DNA of 64,000 bases, from IMG/VR virus record IMGVR_UViG_3300043436_003510, positions 5,937 to 69,936 of that record, one strand, 5' to 3'. The position numbers were made by a program, and so were the translations under genes. Of the stretch, positions 32,872 through 42,032 are shown in pieces; the stretch's first letter is position 1; each line of letters opens with the position of its first letter. The stretch is from a virus. A model generated the notes under the pieces. That model was not told the origin of the DNA and did not search any database. It saw only the letters and a list, made by a program, of their open reading frames with translations.

Positions 32872-34269
32872 ATGGGTTATACTTCTCAGAACGGTTTACC
32901 AAAATCAACAGCAAAATTTCATTGCATGGTTTCAGGCGATAAGCGCATGGCTCCATGTTCTGGATGTTCAAATCCTAAAGGTTGTCTTTCGTCAACCATG
33001 CAATACAAGGAGACAGAAGAAATGGCAGATAAGCCTACAGTCAAACTCGGCGCTGATGGCAGCGTTACATGCGCCAAGGGTCTTGAACTCTCGGAATGCG
33101 GATACAAAGTCGGAGACAAGGTATGCGGCAAGTGTGGCGCAACTGCGGTAACCATGAAGTCTCTTGATGATGAATGGGTGACCGTTGAGGGCCTTGACAT
33201 CAAGGGTGGCTCACCTATGTCCAACATGGTTGAAGATGTTGAAGACGAGATGATGGATGAGACTCCTGTTGCTAAGCGCAAGAAGGCTCGTGCTAAGCGC
33301 ATGGAAACAATGGGTGTCAAGTCTCTTGATTGGGATGACGATTCATTCGTTTGTGCTTTTGAGCGCAAGATGCTTTCAGGTGCTTCACAGGTTTGTGCGC
33401 AGTGCCCAGGTGGATGCGCTCCAGAACAAGATATGCCAAGCCTTCTTGAAGTTGAAGGAATCGCTGAAGACATGTTCTCGGGCAAGGTTCTTGACTCAGG
33501 CTACTCGGACGAAACAGACATCTATGTTGTTGATGTTCAGCGCAAAGATGGAAAGCCCATTGAGGCGTTCTTTGATGGGTCAACAGGCGAATGCATGGGT
33601 TGGCACTTGCTTAACGACAGCGTAATTGGTGAAGTTGCAGAAATTGGTGGAACAAAAGTTATTTCGTTCAACGAAGCAGCCACTATCGCAACAAAGTCAA
33701 TTGAGGGTGATGTAATCGCCGTTGATGCAGACATGTTTGAAGGCTACGACGCTTTCGCTGTTGAGGTTGAAGGAATTGACGGAAAGTCCTACGATGTGTT
33801 CGTTGGTCTTGACGGTGAAGTTCTGGGCTGGGATGAATACGATGCTGACGAAGCAGAAGACATTGATGCCGAAGTTGCTGAACTTGCTTTGAAGCGTATG
33901 TACGACGAGGAGACTCGCGACAAGATGTCAGAATCTGGTGAAGCACTTCCTGACGGTTCGTACCCAATTGCTGACGAGGATGACCTCAAGAATGCAATTC
34001 AGGCATACGGTCGTGCAAAGGACAAAGAAGCAGCAAAGGCCCACATTATGAAGCGTGCTGCTGCTCTTGAACTTGAAGAGTTGATTCCTGAAGAATGGTC
34101 AAAGAAGGAAGATGACGAGGACATGGACGAAGAGGACATGGATGAGTCGGAAGAGACAGAAGAGACCATGACTGACGGCGAGAAAAGTGCAGACACTGAG
34201 GCTGCAAAGTTCCTTGCCGACCTTATGGAATTTGAAATGTTGAAAATTGACACAGGTCTGGAGGACTAA
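32872..34269 (+). CDS. Cys-rich, acidic head-region protein with PepSY-like repeats and ALPDGSYPI domain
   Basis: Three Cys clusters; ISFNEA..IA...I.G.V...D......F.VEV...DG....V.V...GEVL; ALPDGSYPI...DLKNAIQAYGRAKD. Confidence 0.7.
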   Translation: MGYTSQNGLPKSTAKFHCMVSGDKRMAPCSGCSNPKGCLSSTMQYKETEEMADKPTVKLGADGSVTCAKGLELSECGYKVGDKVCGKCGATAVTMKSLDDEWVTVEGLDIKGGSPMSNMVEDVEDEMMDETPVAKRKKARAKRMETMGVKSLDWDDDSFVCAFERKMLSGASQVCAQCPGGCAPEQDMPSLLEVEGIAEDMFSGKVLDSGYSDETDIYVVDVQRKDGKPIEAFFDGSTGECMGWHLLNDSVIGEVAEIGGTKVISFNEAATIATKSIEGDVIAVDADMFEGYDAFAVEVEGIDGKSYDVFVGLDGEVLGWDEYDADEAEDIDAEVAELALKRMYDEETRDKMSESGEALPDGSYPIADEDDLKNAIQAYGRAKDKEAAKAHIMKRAAALELEELIPEEWSKKEDDEDMDEEDMDESEETEETMTDGEKSADTEAAKFLADLMEFEMLKIDTGLED

Positions 34270-34272
34270 AAA

Positions 34273-34497
34273 ATGGCAAAGAAAACTGCACAACCAAACC
34301 CCGCTGGATTCTCAGAGATTCAGAACAAGGCTATTCAGCCAGAGCAATCAAAGGCTCCTAAGAAGAAGGCCGACAAGAAGGTAGAAGAAGTTGCTATCGT
34401 CGTTGAAGAGCCTGCTGTTCAAGAACCTGCAGTTCAAGAGCCTGTCGCTGAAGAGTCTGTTGTCGCCAGCGAGCCCGTTTCCGACACTGCCGAATAG
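34273..34497 (+). CDS. Small Lys-rich/acidic low-complexity protein
   Basis: GGAGGA RBS; EPAVQ repeats. Confidence 0.6.
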   Translation: MAKKTAQPNPAGFSEIQNKAIQPEQSKAPKKKADKKVEEVAIVVEEPAVQEPAVQEPVAEESVVASEPVSDTAE

Positions 34498-34515
34498 TTC
34501 GCCAGAGGTTTTCTG

Positions 34516-36078
34516 GTGAAGAACCGTCGCGGATTTAATCCTGACGCACGAGTTAAGGACGCTGATTTTGCTTTCCGCATTTTAAGCGACTCTGTATTCA
34601 CTAAAGGATTTCTTGGTCCGAGTCTTCGCGAAAACAATGGACTTCCGTCTGTTGGTGTTTCTGCTGCGCGCCGTGCTGGCGTAATCGTTGATGAAAACGG
34701 AAAGATGCGTTGCCCCCCAGGCACCCCAAATGCTAACCAGTTCACCGATATCAACATGTCCAACTGTATGGTACCAAGTGCGGAAACAGCAGCCAGAAAT
34801 GTTGCCGAAGCAGCAGAAAAACTTGCTTCTCGCTCTGCTGATGGTTTTAAAAGGTCAAGCATTAAAAAGAAAAACAAAGATAGGGATTTGATTCCTGATG
34901 CAAAAGTTGGTTTTGCTGACACTAATGGCCTTCTTGAACAGAGAAGAGTTCCAGTAGGAAATCAAGTGATTTCACCAATTGATGGCTCAAGCATTGTTCT
35001 TCAATCACCTAGCGATTCAATTAAACATATAGCCGACGGTGGCGCACTTTCAGACATCCCCGACGAGCATCTAGTTGACGCGATTTTGAATAACGCCGTC
35101 GGAAAAGACGATAACTACATTGGCCCTCCTGTTCGTTTTGAAGTAGTCGGACGAGGTGGCGGAATCAACGGTATGACCCGTGTGATTGACGGGAAAACAG
35201 GAGCAATGATTGGTGTCAAGTACCCAGGGGGGACAGACACTTCTACTAAGCCATTTGCTGGAGATGAAGCCGTAAACGAAGCAGTCGCAGAGGTATTTCA
35301 GGAAATGATGGGTTACGAACCTACGCCAATGAGGCTTGCTATGGGTAAGGATGGATTTGGATTGGCTCTTGTGAGCGAACTAGTTCACAATAGAAACAGC
35401 GGGTCAATTGAGGGCATGCGCATGCACGAGCGTTCAGGTTCTTCGTATGAATACAATTTGCCACCCGAAGAAATAGTGCGTATGCGGGTTCTTGATGCAA
35501 TCATACAAAACCCTGATAGACATGAAGGTAATTCTTTAATTGCAGATGATGACGGAGTCAGGTCGCTTTTACCAATTGACAACTCAAGAGCGTTTTCTTT
35601 TTCAGACTTTACGGATGGCGTTCCAAAATCAAGATTAGAATCGGGTGAAGTCGTCGGATATTTCCAGCCATGGATTACCCCTGGAGGAGATGCCGAAATG
35701 GAAAAATTTGCTACAGACGAAGGTTTTGCTGAGTTAACTTCCACTATTGCAGGAATTCAACAACAGTTGAGAACAATTGACACAGACCTGATGGAAAGCA
35801 AAATTGACGAGGTTATTTCCCATGTTCGCTCTCTTGGTACATCGGCATCACAAGCCAGAAGAGATAACCTTGCGGCAGCAATTGCAAGAATAAAAGGAAT
35901 GCAAAACGGCAACCCAGAAGATATTGCGGAGGCGTTAATGCCTGCTTACAAAAGAAAGCAAGTTTTAGAAATTCTTGAACAAAGAGAAAAATATCGGCAG
36001 GCAGAGGAAGCAATGAACTTACGAGAACTTGCTGGCATTCCTGATACACCTAAAGAAAAGGTTCCGTCAGTAGCATGA
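34516..36078 (+). CDS. RCPPGT-tagged effector with HipA/PI4K-like kinase domain
   Basis: MRCPPGTPNANQFTD...NC; GVK, NEAVA, NPDRHEGN, LLPIDNSRAF. Confidence 0.75.
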   Translation: MKNRRGFNPDARVKDADFAFRILSDSVFTKGFLGPSLRENNGLPSVGVSAARRAGVIVDENGKMRCPPGTPNANQFTDINMSNCMVPSAETAARNVAEAAEKLASRSADGFKRSSIKKKNKDRDLIPDAKVGFADTNGLLEQRRVPVGNQVISPIDGSSIVLQSPSDSIKHIADGGALSDIPDEHLVDAILNNAVGKDDNYIGPPVRFEVVGRGGGINGMTRVIDGKTGAMIGVKYPGGTDTSTKPFAGDEAVNEAVAEVFQEMMGYEPTPMRLAMGKDGFGLALVSELVHNRNSGSIEGMRMHERSGSSYEYNLPPEEIVRMRVLDAIIQNPDRHEGNSLIADDDGVRSLLPIDNSRAFSFSDFTDGVPKSRLESGEVVGYFQPWITPGGDAEMEKFATDEGFAELTSTIAGIQQQLRTIDTDLMESKIDEVISHVRSLGTSASQARRDNLAAAIARIKGMQNGNPEDIAEALMPAYKRKQVLEILEQREKYRQAEEAMNLRELAGIPDTPKEKVPSVA

Positions 36079-36449
36079 AATACGCATTTATTGGTGGGGA
36101 TTCAAAAACTAAATTTGAGCCTTTGGTTTTTGTTCTTGACAACGGAAAATTTGAAATTATATGCGAATCTTTTGAGCGTCAAAAGTCTTACTATGAATAT
36201 CTGGCGTCAAGAAAATATAACAACTTTGATGATTTGCTTGCTACATTTTCTTACATGAATGTTGAGACTGGTGAAGTCACCCCTGAGGTAGAATCAATGT
36301 TGAACAAACTTCGCGCAAGGTTTGCTATATCTCAAGTTGCTGATGAAGAACTAAATACTGAAAACCAGCAAAACCCAGAAGAAGATAGACAACAAAATGC
36401 CTTATTGCGCATAAGTAAGAGGATGCGAACAGGTGCCAATGAACGCTGA
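36075..36449 (+). CDS. Small partner protein downstream of kinase (candidate immunity)
   Basis: ATGA overlap with kinase stop; acidic, beta-rich N-terminus. Confidence 0.55.
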   Translation: MKYAFIGGDSKTKFEPLVFVLDNGKFEIICESFERQKSYYEYLASRKYNNFDDLLATFSYMNVETGEVTPEVESMLNKLRARFAISQVADEELNTENQQNPEEDRQQNALLRISKRMRTGANER

Positions 36450-38619
36450 CAAGCACACATCAATAAAGAGCCTATTGCGTCATCAGCGACCACTAATGCT
36501 TGCCGACACCACTGTCAAAAGAACAATCATTGACGGGTATAAAACGCTAGAAGTGTCGCCAACTATCGCTAAATCTAAAGCAAAAAGATTCCTATTGGAC
36601 GGAAGCCAAAGCCAAAAGCGCCACTTAGAGCCACTCATTCGTTCTAAGTCATCCACGCTAAGAGGACAGTCTCCCCTCTCAGATAGAAACATTCTGAACT
36701 ACAAAGCCGCAATGTTCGCACGAACCACAAAGGCTCGCATCGGCTCCACCATGAACATCACAGAAGTCAAGGTTGGAATAATCGGTTCACAAGGAAGACT
36801 CGGACAAACGGTACAAGGTGCAGCAAGCGTTGTGATACCAGGCGACATGTCCGAAATCCGTAGCCCTATCCGCTCACGCATTTACTCTGCTCTTACACCT
36901 GGTGGCGGAGGAAATAGAAGAATTCCTGGAAGAAACGAACGCGGATACAGATGTCCTTTTGGTTTCCAGTATGGCGGTCGCTTCACGGATAGAAACTATT
37001 CAACTTGCGGCGCACAGTTGTTTGCATTGCCTACCTCTGGTGGCGTCGGTGGGTTAGGTGGTCGTAAGCCAAGCATTACGCCAGCAAATGCAGACAATCT
37101 TTCTCAGGTAATTGAAGGAAACACCGCTCAAGATAGAGCAATCCAGATTACAAGAATGGCTCAAGTTCCTAGAAGCGGTGCAGAGAATCCAAAGGTTCGC
37201 TCTGCCACTCTTTCCAGAATAATCACAAGCCTCACTGGTTCGCCATCTGGGGAATCTCGTTTAATTCGCAAAGATGGCGTTATTTTGCGTCCAGTGGTTC
37301 CATCTTCGGTCTTGCGAAACTTCGGTGGCAACCCCGACATGGAGAACGGCGTTTTTGTTCGCTCCATTGATAAACCTTCAGACATTATTGGCGACGACCT
37401 TGCTCTTCTTTCTGGTCCAGCCATTATGAATGTTTCCTATGTAGCACCTAACGGTTCGGTTATTTCTATTGAGCGTCAGCGTCCGTTGACGGTTGGAGAA
37501 CGGAGAAAATTTGGGCGTCAACTCAATGCAGTGGCTGGAACAAGCGACCAATATGATGTTGGTGGCAATATTCGGGATTTCGCTAATAACTCAGGCGGTG
37601 CTTTCAAATATTCAGAAAAGTTCCCTAATGTTGATAAACCTCTTGACCTCATTGAGGTAGAGAACGATAAGGGTAAGAAGATTCAAGTACGCCGATGGGT
37701 CTATGAAACCTTTATGAAGGATGGTTCTCGTTCAAATAATAAGACGAAGCCAGTAAGGGAAACAGAAACACTCAGAGAAGACGGCGCTACCGCCAACGAA
37801 ACAGTTGGAAACATTGCCGATGCGGTCAAAATGCTTGACGATGGTGGCGACCCGCTTGACCTTCCTCCTGATTTAATTGCTGACGCATTGCGCAGAAGTA
37901 AGAAATACGACGCCAAAAAACTTGGAACAGGCATAATTGAGTACTCCGACGGACAGGGCAAGATTTACTACCAAGTGCCAGAGTCTCTAAAGAATGGTGC
38001 AATCGCAGAACGCTTTTATACAGATGTTGCTTCTCAGGTTGGAATCAACACCCCTGGTGCTCGTCTTGTTGGCAAAGATGGCTCTCGTGAATCAATTCTT
38101 GCTGATGCAACAAATGGCTCGGTTCGTTCAGATTCCGACCTCACGCTTGACAAGGTTGACCCCAAAGAACTCATGAAGGTATTTGTTTCAGATTTCTTGA
38201 CAGATGCTCGTGACAGGTCACCAGCAACATTGAGACCAGTAAGAACACAGTCTGGAACCGCTGTAGTTCCGTCTTCAAATGAACTTTCTGCTCTTGCTGG
38301 CTTAGACGCTGCAGACATCAAAAAGAGATTTAATATTGATTTGCCAGACTATTTGGAAGGCCGCAACGGAATGATTTATCGCAACTCGTTCGGCAATATG
38401 ACAGCGAAACAACGGACGGACGCAACCAGCGTCTATGATACGCTTATTGAGCGAGCAAGAAAATTCAAATGGTCGGAATATGCTTCCAGAATTTCAGCAG
38501 ATGGCGACTTGTCAATAGCCGAGCAAAAACATCTTGACATTCTTAAAAGACTTTACGAAACTCGCCTAGAAAAACTAACTTCGCGCAAAAAAGAAGCACT
38601 ACGCCTACTTGGGATTTAA
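36433..38619 (+). CDS. RCP-tagged protein with degenerate HipA-like kinase domain
   Basis: YRCPFGFQYGGRFTDRNYSTCG; AERF...A..VG..TP, SDFL....DRSPAT lacking catalytic H/N and the IDxG motif. Confidence 0.65.
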   Translation: MPMNADKHTSIKSLLRHQRPLMLADTTVKRTIIDGYKTLEVSPTIAKSKAKRFLLDGSQSQKRHLEPLIRSKSSTLRGQSPLSDRNILNYKAAMFARTTKARIGSTMNITEVKVGIIGSQGRLGQTVQGAASVVIPGDMSEIRSPIRSRIYSALTPGGGGNRRIPGRNERGYRCPFGFQYGGRFTDRNYSTCGAQLFALPTSGGVGGLGGRKPSITPANADNLSQVIEGNTAQDRAIQITRMAQVPRSGAENPKVRSATLSRIITSLTGSPSGESRLIRKDGVILRPVVPSSVLRNFGGNPDMENGVFVRSIDKPSDIIGDDLALLSGPAIMNVSYVAPNGSVISIERQRPLTVGERRKFGRQLNAVAGTSDQYDVGGNIRDFANNSGGAFKYSEKFPNVDKPLDLIEVENDKGKKIQVRRWVYETFMKDGSRSNNKTKPVRETETLREDGATANETVGNIADAVKMLDDGGDPLDLPPDLIADALRRSKKYDAKKLGTGIIEYSDGQGKIYYQVPESLKNGAIAERFYTDVASQVGINTPGARLVGKDGSRESILADATNGSVRSDSDLTLDKVDPKELMKVFVSDFLTDARDRSPATLRPVRTQSGTAVVPSSNELSALAGLDAADIKKRFNIDLPDYLEGRNGMIYRNSFGNMTAKQRTDATSVYDTLIERARKFKWSEYASRISADGDLSIAEQKHLDILKRLYETRLEKLTSRKKEALRLLGI

Positions 38620-38621
38620 TT

Positions 38622-41600
38622 ATGCAGTCAGCCTACATTATCAACGACAGAACTGGAAAGCCATACGCAGTTGTTGGCATCCTCGCTGGGGGAACAGAGT
38701 TCTATCCGATTGCTGAATCCGCAACCTCGTGGGCTTCGTGGATGACCCAAGATTTCGCTGCTAAGAAAATCACTAAAGAGCAACTCTCTGTCACTCTTGA
38801 TAACTCAATGTCTGTTGAAGGACCGATGCTCGCCAACCGTGCAAACAAAACAAAAATTGATGAACTCATCAAAAAAGCCAAGAAAGTACCTAAAGGCGAA
38901 TCAGACAAAGAAGAAACGGAACAGACAGAAGAAAAGTCTCTCGTCCCCGTTTTGTCACTTATGGATGTTCGTCTTGATGCACTTGAAAATTCAGACTGGC
39001 GCAACGCAGTAAACTTCAAAGCGAAGTCGCTTATCACTGATTCAAATAAATCAACATTTGCTTACGAAGTTAAGCGTACTCGCGCAGCATGGGACCCAGG
39101 TCTTGCCATCCCAGGAACTGAGCGCCGCGGCGGGTGGCGTTGTCCTCCAGGCACACGGTACGGCGGTCAAATTACAGACCGTTTTGGAAGAAACTGTGGT
39201 TGGGGTGTTGCCCGCCGTTTAGCAAATGAAATCTCTGACCTTGGTGAGCGGCTAGAGAATGTTGGCGACCAGCGTCGTGAGCGTCGTGTGAATCGTCGTA
39301 ACGAACGAGTTGCCCGCCGTCTTGTTGAAGGCGGTCGTGTTGAGCGTGCAGCCCGTGCAGTTGGTAACGCATTAGAGACGGGTCCAGAGCGTGAGCGTCG
39401 TCCTGGAGTAGTGGAGCGTGCAGCAGGTCGTCTTGGTGACCTTCTTGAGACAACCGCTCCAGAAAAGCCAAAGAAGCCAGGCCGTCAACGCCGTGGAGAA
39501 AACAACCGAGGTGGGTTGTTGGAGCGTGCAGCAGGTCGTCTTGCGGAGGCTCTTGAAACAGATGACTCACCAGCAAAGCCAGCCCCACGCCGTCCTCGTC
39601 CGAAGGCTCCACAGGCTCGTCCTGCTCGTCCACGCCAACCTCGCGCGCCTCGCGAAGACAGAGACATGCCAGAGTTGCCCAAGTTGCCCAACTTTAATCC
39701 AAATGACCCCGTTGGAAACAGGCAGAGATATCTTGCTCAAAAAAAACGAGAACTTGAGCAACAAAAACGAGAAGCAAAAAGAAACCGACCAGACGGCGTA
39801 TCAAACAAAGACTGGAACGACTACAAAGCGCATGTTGACTCGTTACAGCATCAATTTGGCTATGGAGGAGCAGACAGATTTGTGTCTGTTGATTCATACG
39901 AAGATTGGGCACGCAAAAACAATAGAAAAGTTCCAGATGCTGGTCCTAAACCCCAAGCACCCCGCCGCCCTCGTCCTGCTCCCGACAACACAAGCAAGAC
40001 GCCAGTTCCTGCGGGCGCACCTAAAGCAAACGAAACACTAGAGCAATACAAGACTCGTAAATACAACGAGCACCAGGCTCGCGTTCGTAAAATCCGTGAA
40101 GAAGGCGGTAACGCTGGATTCTTGAGAAGAGAAGAGTGGGAACAATTCCACGGTTCAGCAGTTGAAGAAAACTGGAATCGCGCTCAACAAAGAAACGGTG
40201 GTCGTGGTGCTCGCCGTGCAGCGACAGATGCTGGCGCAGCGAGAACAGCAACTCGCCGTCCAAAACCAGCAGATGAACCTGATGCGGTTCAGCCTGCCCG
40301 TCGTCAACGCCTTCCTTTTAAGCCATGGGGTCATCAGCGTGGGCTCGCAAATCAAGAGGCCGCATTTAAGAAACTTGACCGAATCCAAGATGAAGCAATG
40401 AACGCAAATGACTTTCAAGTTCGTGAGCCAGCAGTTGTGAAACTTAACGGCAAGTTTTATGTTGTAGAAAACGCCGAAGACCTACAGAAAGCACTTGATG
40501 CTGGCGGAGAAAAAATGAGAAGAGGCGCAAACGGCTTACCGAATCCTGCACCGAATCCTGCGAGACCAAGACCAGCAGCACCTCGCCGTCCTCGCCCACA
40601 GGCTCCACAACCCGCCCGTCCCCGCCCGCAGGCCCCACAGGCTCCACAGCCCGCCCGTCCCCGTGGTGGAAATGTTCGCCCAATGAACAACAGCAAAGAC
40701 CGCCACCAAAAGAGCCTTCCATTATTGGCTGGGCCAGATGGAAAAATTGTGCGAGTCCCTATTGGGAATAAAGGAATCAATACAAAAGAGGATGCAGTTG
40801 CCTATCGCGGTTCGCTAAATGACATTCCTGATGATTTCCTCTTTGACGCTATGGATGCTAGGTCTGACAATCTAAGAGGAAACCCTAATCTTCTTTCAGA
40901 TGTTGCAGTGGCGAGGACTAACCCAGCAGCGTTAACGGCCCAGGATAAAGCAGAACTTTTGAGAATTAAACAATCTGGCAAAGACTTTATTGCTTTGCGA
41001 GGTCAGAGTATTACTGCTCCAACATTTTATTTACATATTGCTGATGATGGAAGCATTGATGGGCGCGGATATCTCAGCAAGCCTCAAGACCCACACTCAG
41101 AAGGAAGAGGACAGCACGGAGAACTTGTCGGCATTGAAATATCACGGCGTGTAGGTTTTGCACAAGGAATGCCAAGAGTTGTGAATAGAAACAATACAGC
41201 GGCATTTCTTCTTGAATTGGGACCCAACTTTGCTGAAGGACATGCTGCGGATTATAGCGGTAGAAACATTGCGGATGAGCGTTCCAGAATGGCACACTTT
41301 GCTGTCAATATGCTTCTTGCGTCTGGGGACAGACATGGAAGAAACGGAATGTACTTCCCAGGTAACGGCGCTCTTCCAATTGACTTTGGTCGCGCATTTG
41401 AACAGGATAGTGGAGTGCCCACCGCAGCAAGAATGGCCTCATATGTCAGCAGATTACATATGGACAGTAGTCCATTAGATGGATACAAGGCATTAGTCAG
41501 TAACGGTTCCTTAACCAAAGAACAAGCAAAGAGGCGACTCAAGGAAGACCTGATGGAAATGGCAATAGCCATCCAGGGAATGGTTGACGACGGAACATAT

Positions 41601-41738
41601 GATTCATTTGAGTCATTGATTCCGAATGTGGCTTCTGGCAACGGACACTGGCTGCCCGTAGCGCAGCGTAAAACAAAACTGGAAGCACGAATTGCATTAC
41701 TTGACTCTGATGCCTTTATCAATGCTCTTTGGCCGTAA
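38622..41738 (+). CDS. RCPPGT-tagged effector with C-terminal HipA/PI4K-like kinase
   Basis: WRCPPGTRYGGQITDRFGRNCG; R/P-rich linkers; YLSK, GELVG, GDRHGRN, LPIDFGRAF. Confidence 0.75.
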   Translation: MQSAYIINDRTGKPYAVVGILAGGTEFYPIAESATSWASWMTQDFAAKKITKEQLSVTLDNSMSVEGPMLANRANKTKIDELIKKAKKVPKGESDKEETEQTEEKSLVPVLSLMDVRLDALENSDWRNAVNFKAKSLITDSNKSTFAYEVKRTRAAWDPGLAIPGTERRGGWRCPPGTRYGGQITDRFGRNCGWGVARRLANEISDLGERLENVGDQRRERRVNRRNERVARRLVEGGRVERAARAVGNALETGPERERRPGVVERAAGRLGDLLETTAPEKPKKPGRQRRGENNRGGLLERAAGRLAEALETDDSPAKPAPRRPRPKAPQARPARPRQPRAPREDRDMPELPKLPNFNPNDPVGNRQRYLAQKKRELEQQKREAKRNRPDGVSNKDWNDYKAHVDSLQHQFGYGGADRFVSVDSYEDWARKNNRKVPDAGPKPQAPRRPRPAPDNTSKTPVPAGAPKANETLEQYKTRKYNEHQARVRKIREEGGNAGFLRREEWEQFHGSAVEENWNRAQQRNGGRGARRAATDAGAARTATRRPKPADEPDAVQPARRQRLPFKPWGHQRGLANQEAAFKKLDRIQDEAMNANDFQVREPAVVKLNGKFYVVENAEDLQKALDAGGEKMRRGANGLPNPAPNPARPRPAAPRRPRPQAPQPARPRPQAPQAPQPARPRGGNVRPMNNSKDRHQKSLPLLAGPDGKIVRVPIGNKGINTKEDAVAYRGSLNDIPDDFLFDAMDARSDNLRGNPNLLSDVAVARTNPAALTAQDKAELLRIKQSGKDFIALRGQSITAPTFYLHIADDGSIDGRGYLSKPQDPHSEGRGQHGELVGIEISRRVGFAQGMPRVVNRNNTAAFLLELGPNFAEGHAADYSGRNIADERSRMAHFAVNMLLASGDRHGRNGMYFPGNGALPIDFGRAFEQDSGVPTAARMASYVSRLHMDSSPLDGYKALVSNGSLTKEQAKRRLKEDLMEMAIAIQGMVDDGTYDSFESLIPNVASGNGHWLPVAQRKTKLEARIALLDSDAFINALWP

Positions 41739-41764
41739 TGACAGAAAAAAGGTAGGATTACAGC

Positions 41765-42031
41765 ATGATTAAGAAAATTGCAATTTTAAATGACCCAAAG
41801 TTTATTTTGTCATGTGATGGAGATTCTTTGGAAGTTATCGGAAACGATGAAATAGTTGAACAACTGCGTGCAATAGTTGCAAGCAAAAAATCAACTTACA
41901 ACGGATTTAGACAGAGTATGGGTGATTCTTTTGACCCTGTTGATTATTTGGCTACTTCATCAATGACTTTTATGCCCACATATCACGAGTATTCAAAAGA
42001 AAAACTTGAAGAACTCAAAAAGATAATCTAA
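41765..42031 (+). CDS. Small partner protein downstream of kinase (candidate immunity)
   Basis: 88 aa; TAGGAT 6 nt before ATG suggests its own leaderless promoter. Confidence 0.55.
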   Translation: MIKKIAILNDPKFILSCDGDSLEVIGNDEIVEQLRAIVASKKSTYNGFRQSMGDSFDPVDYLATSSMTFMPTYHEYSKEKLEELKKII

Positions 42032-42032
42032 T

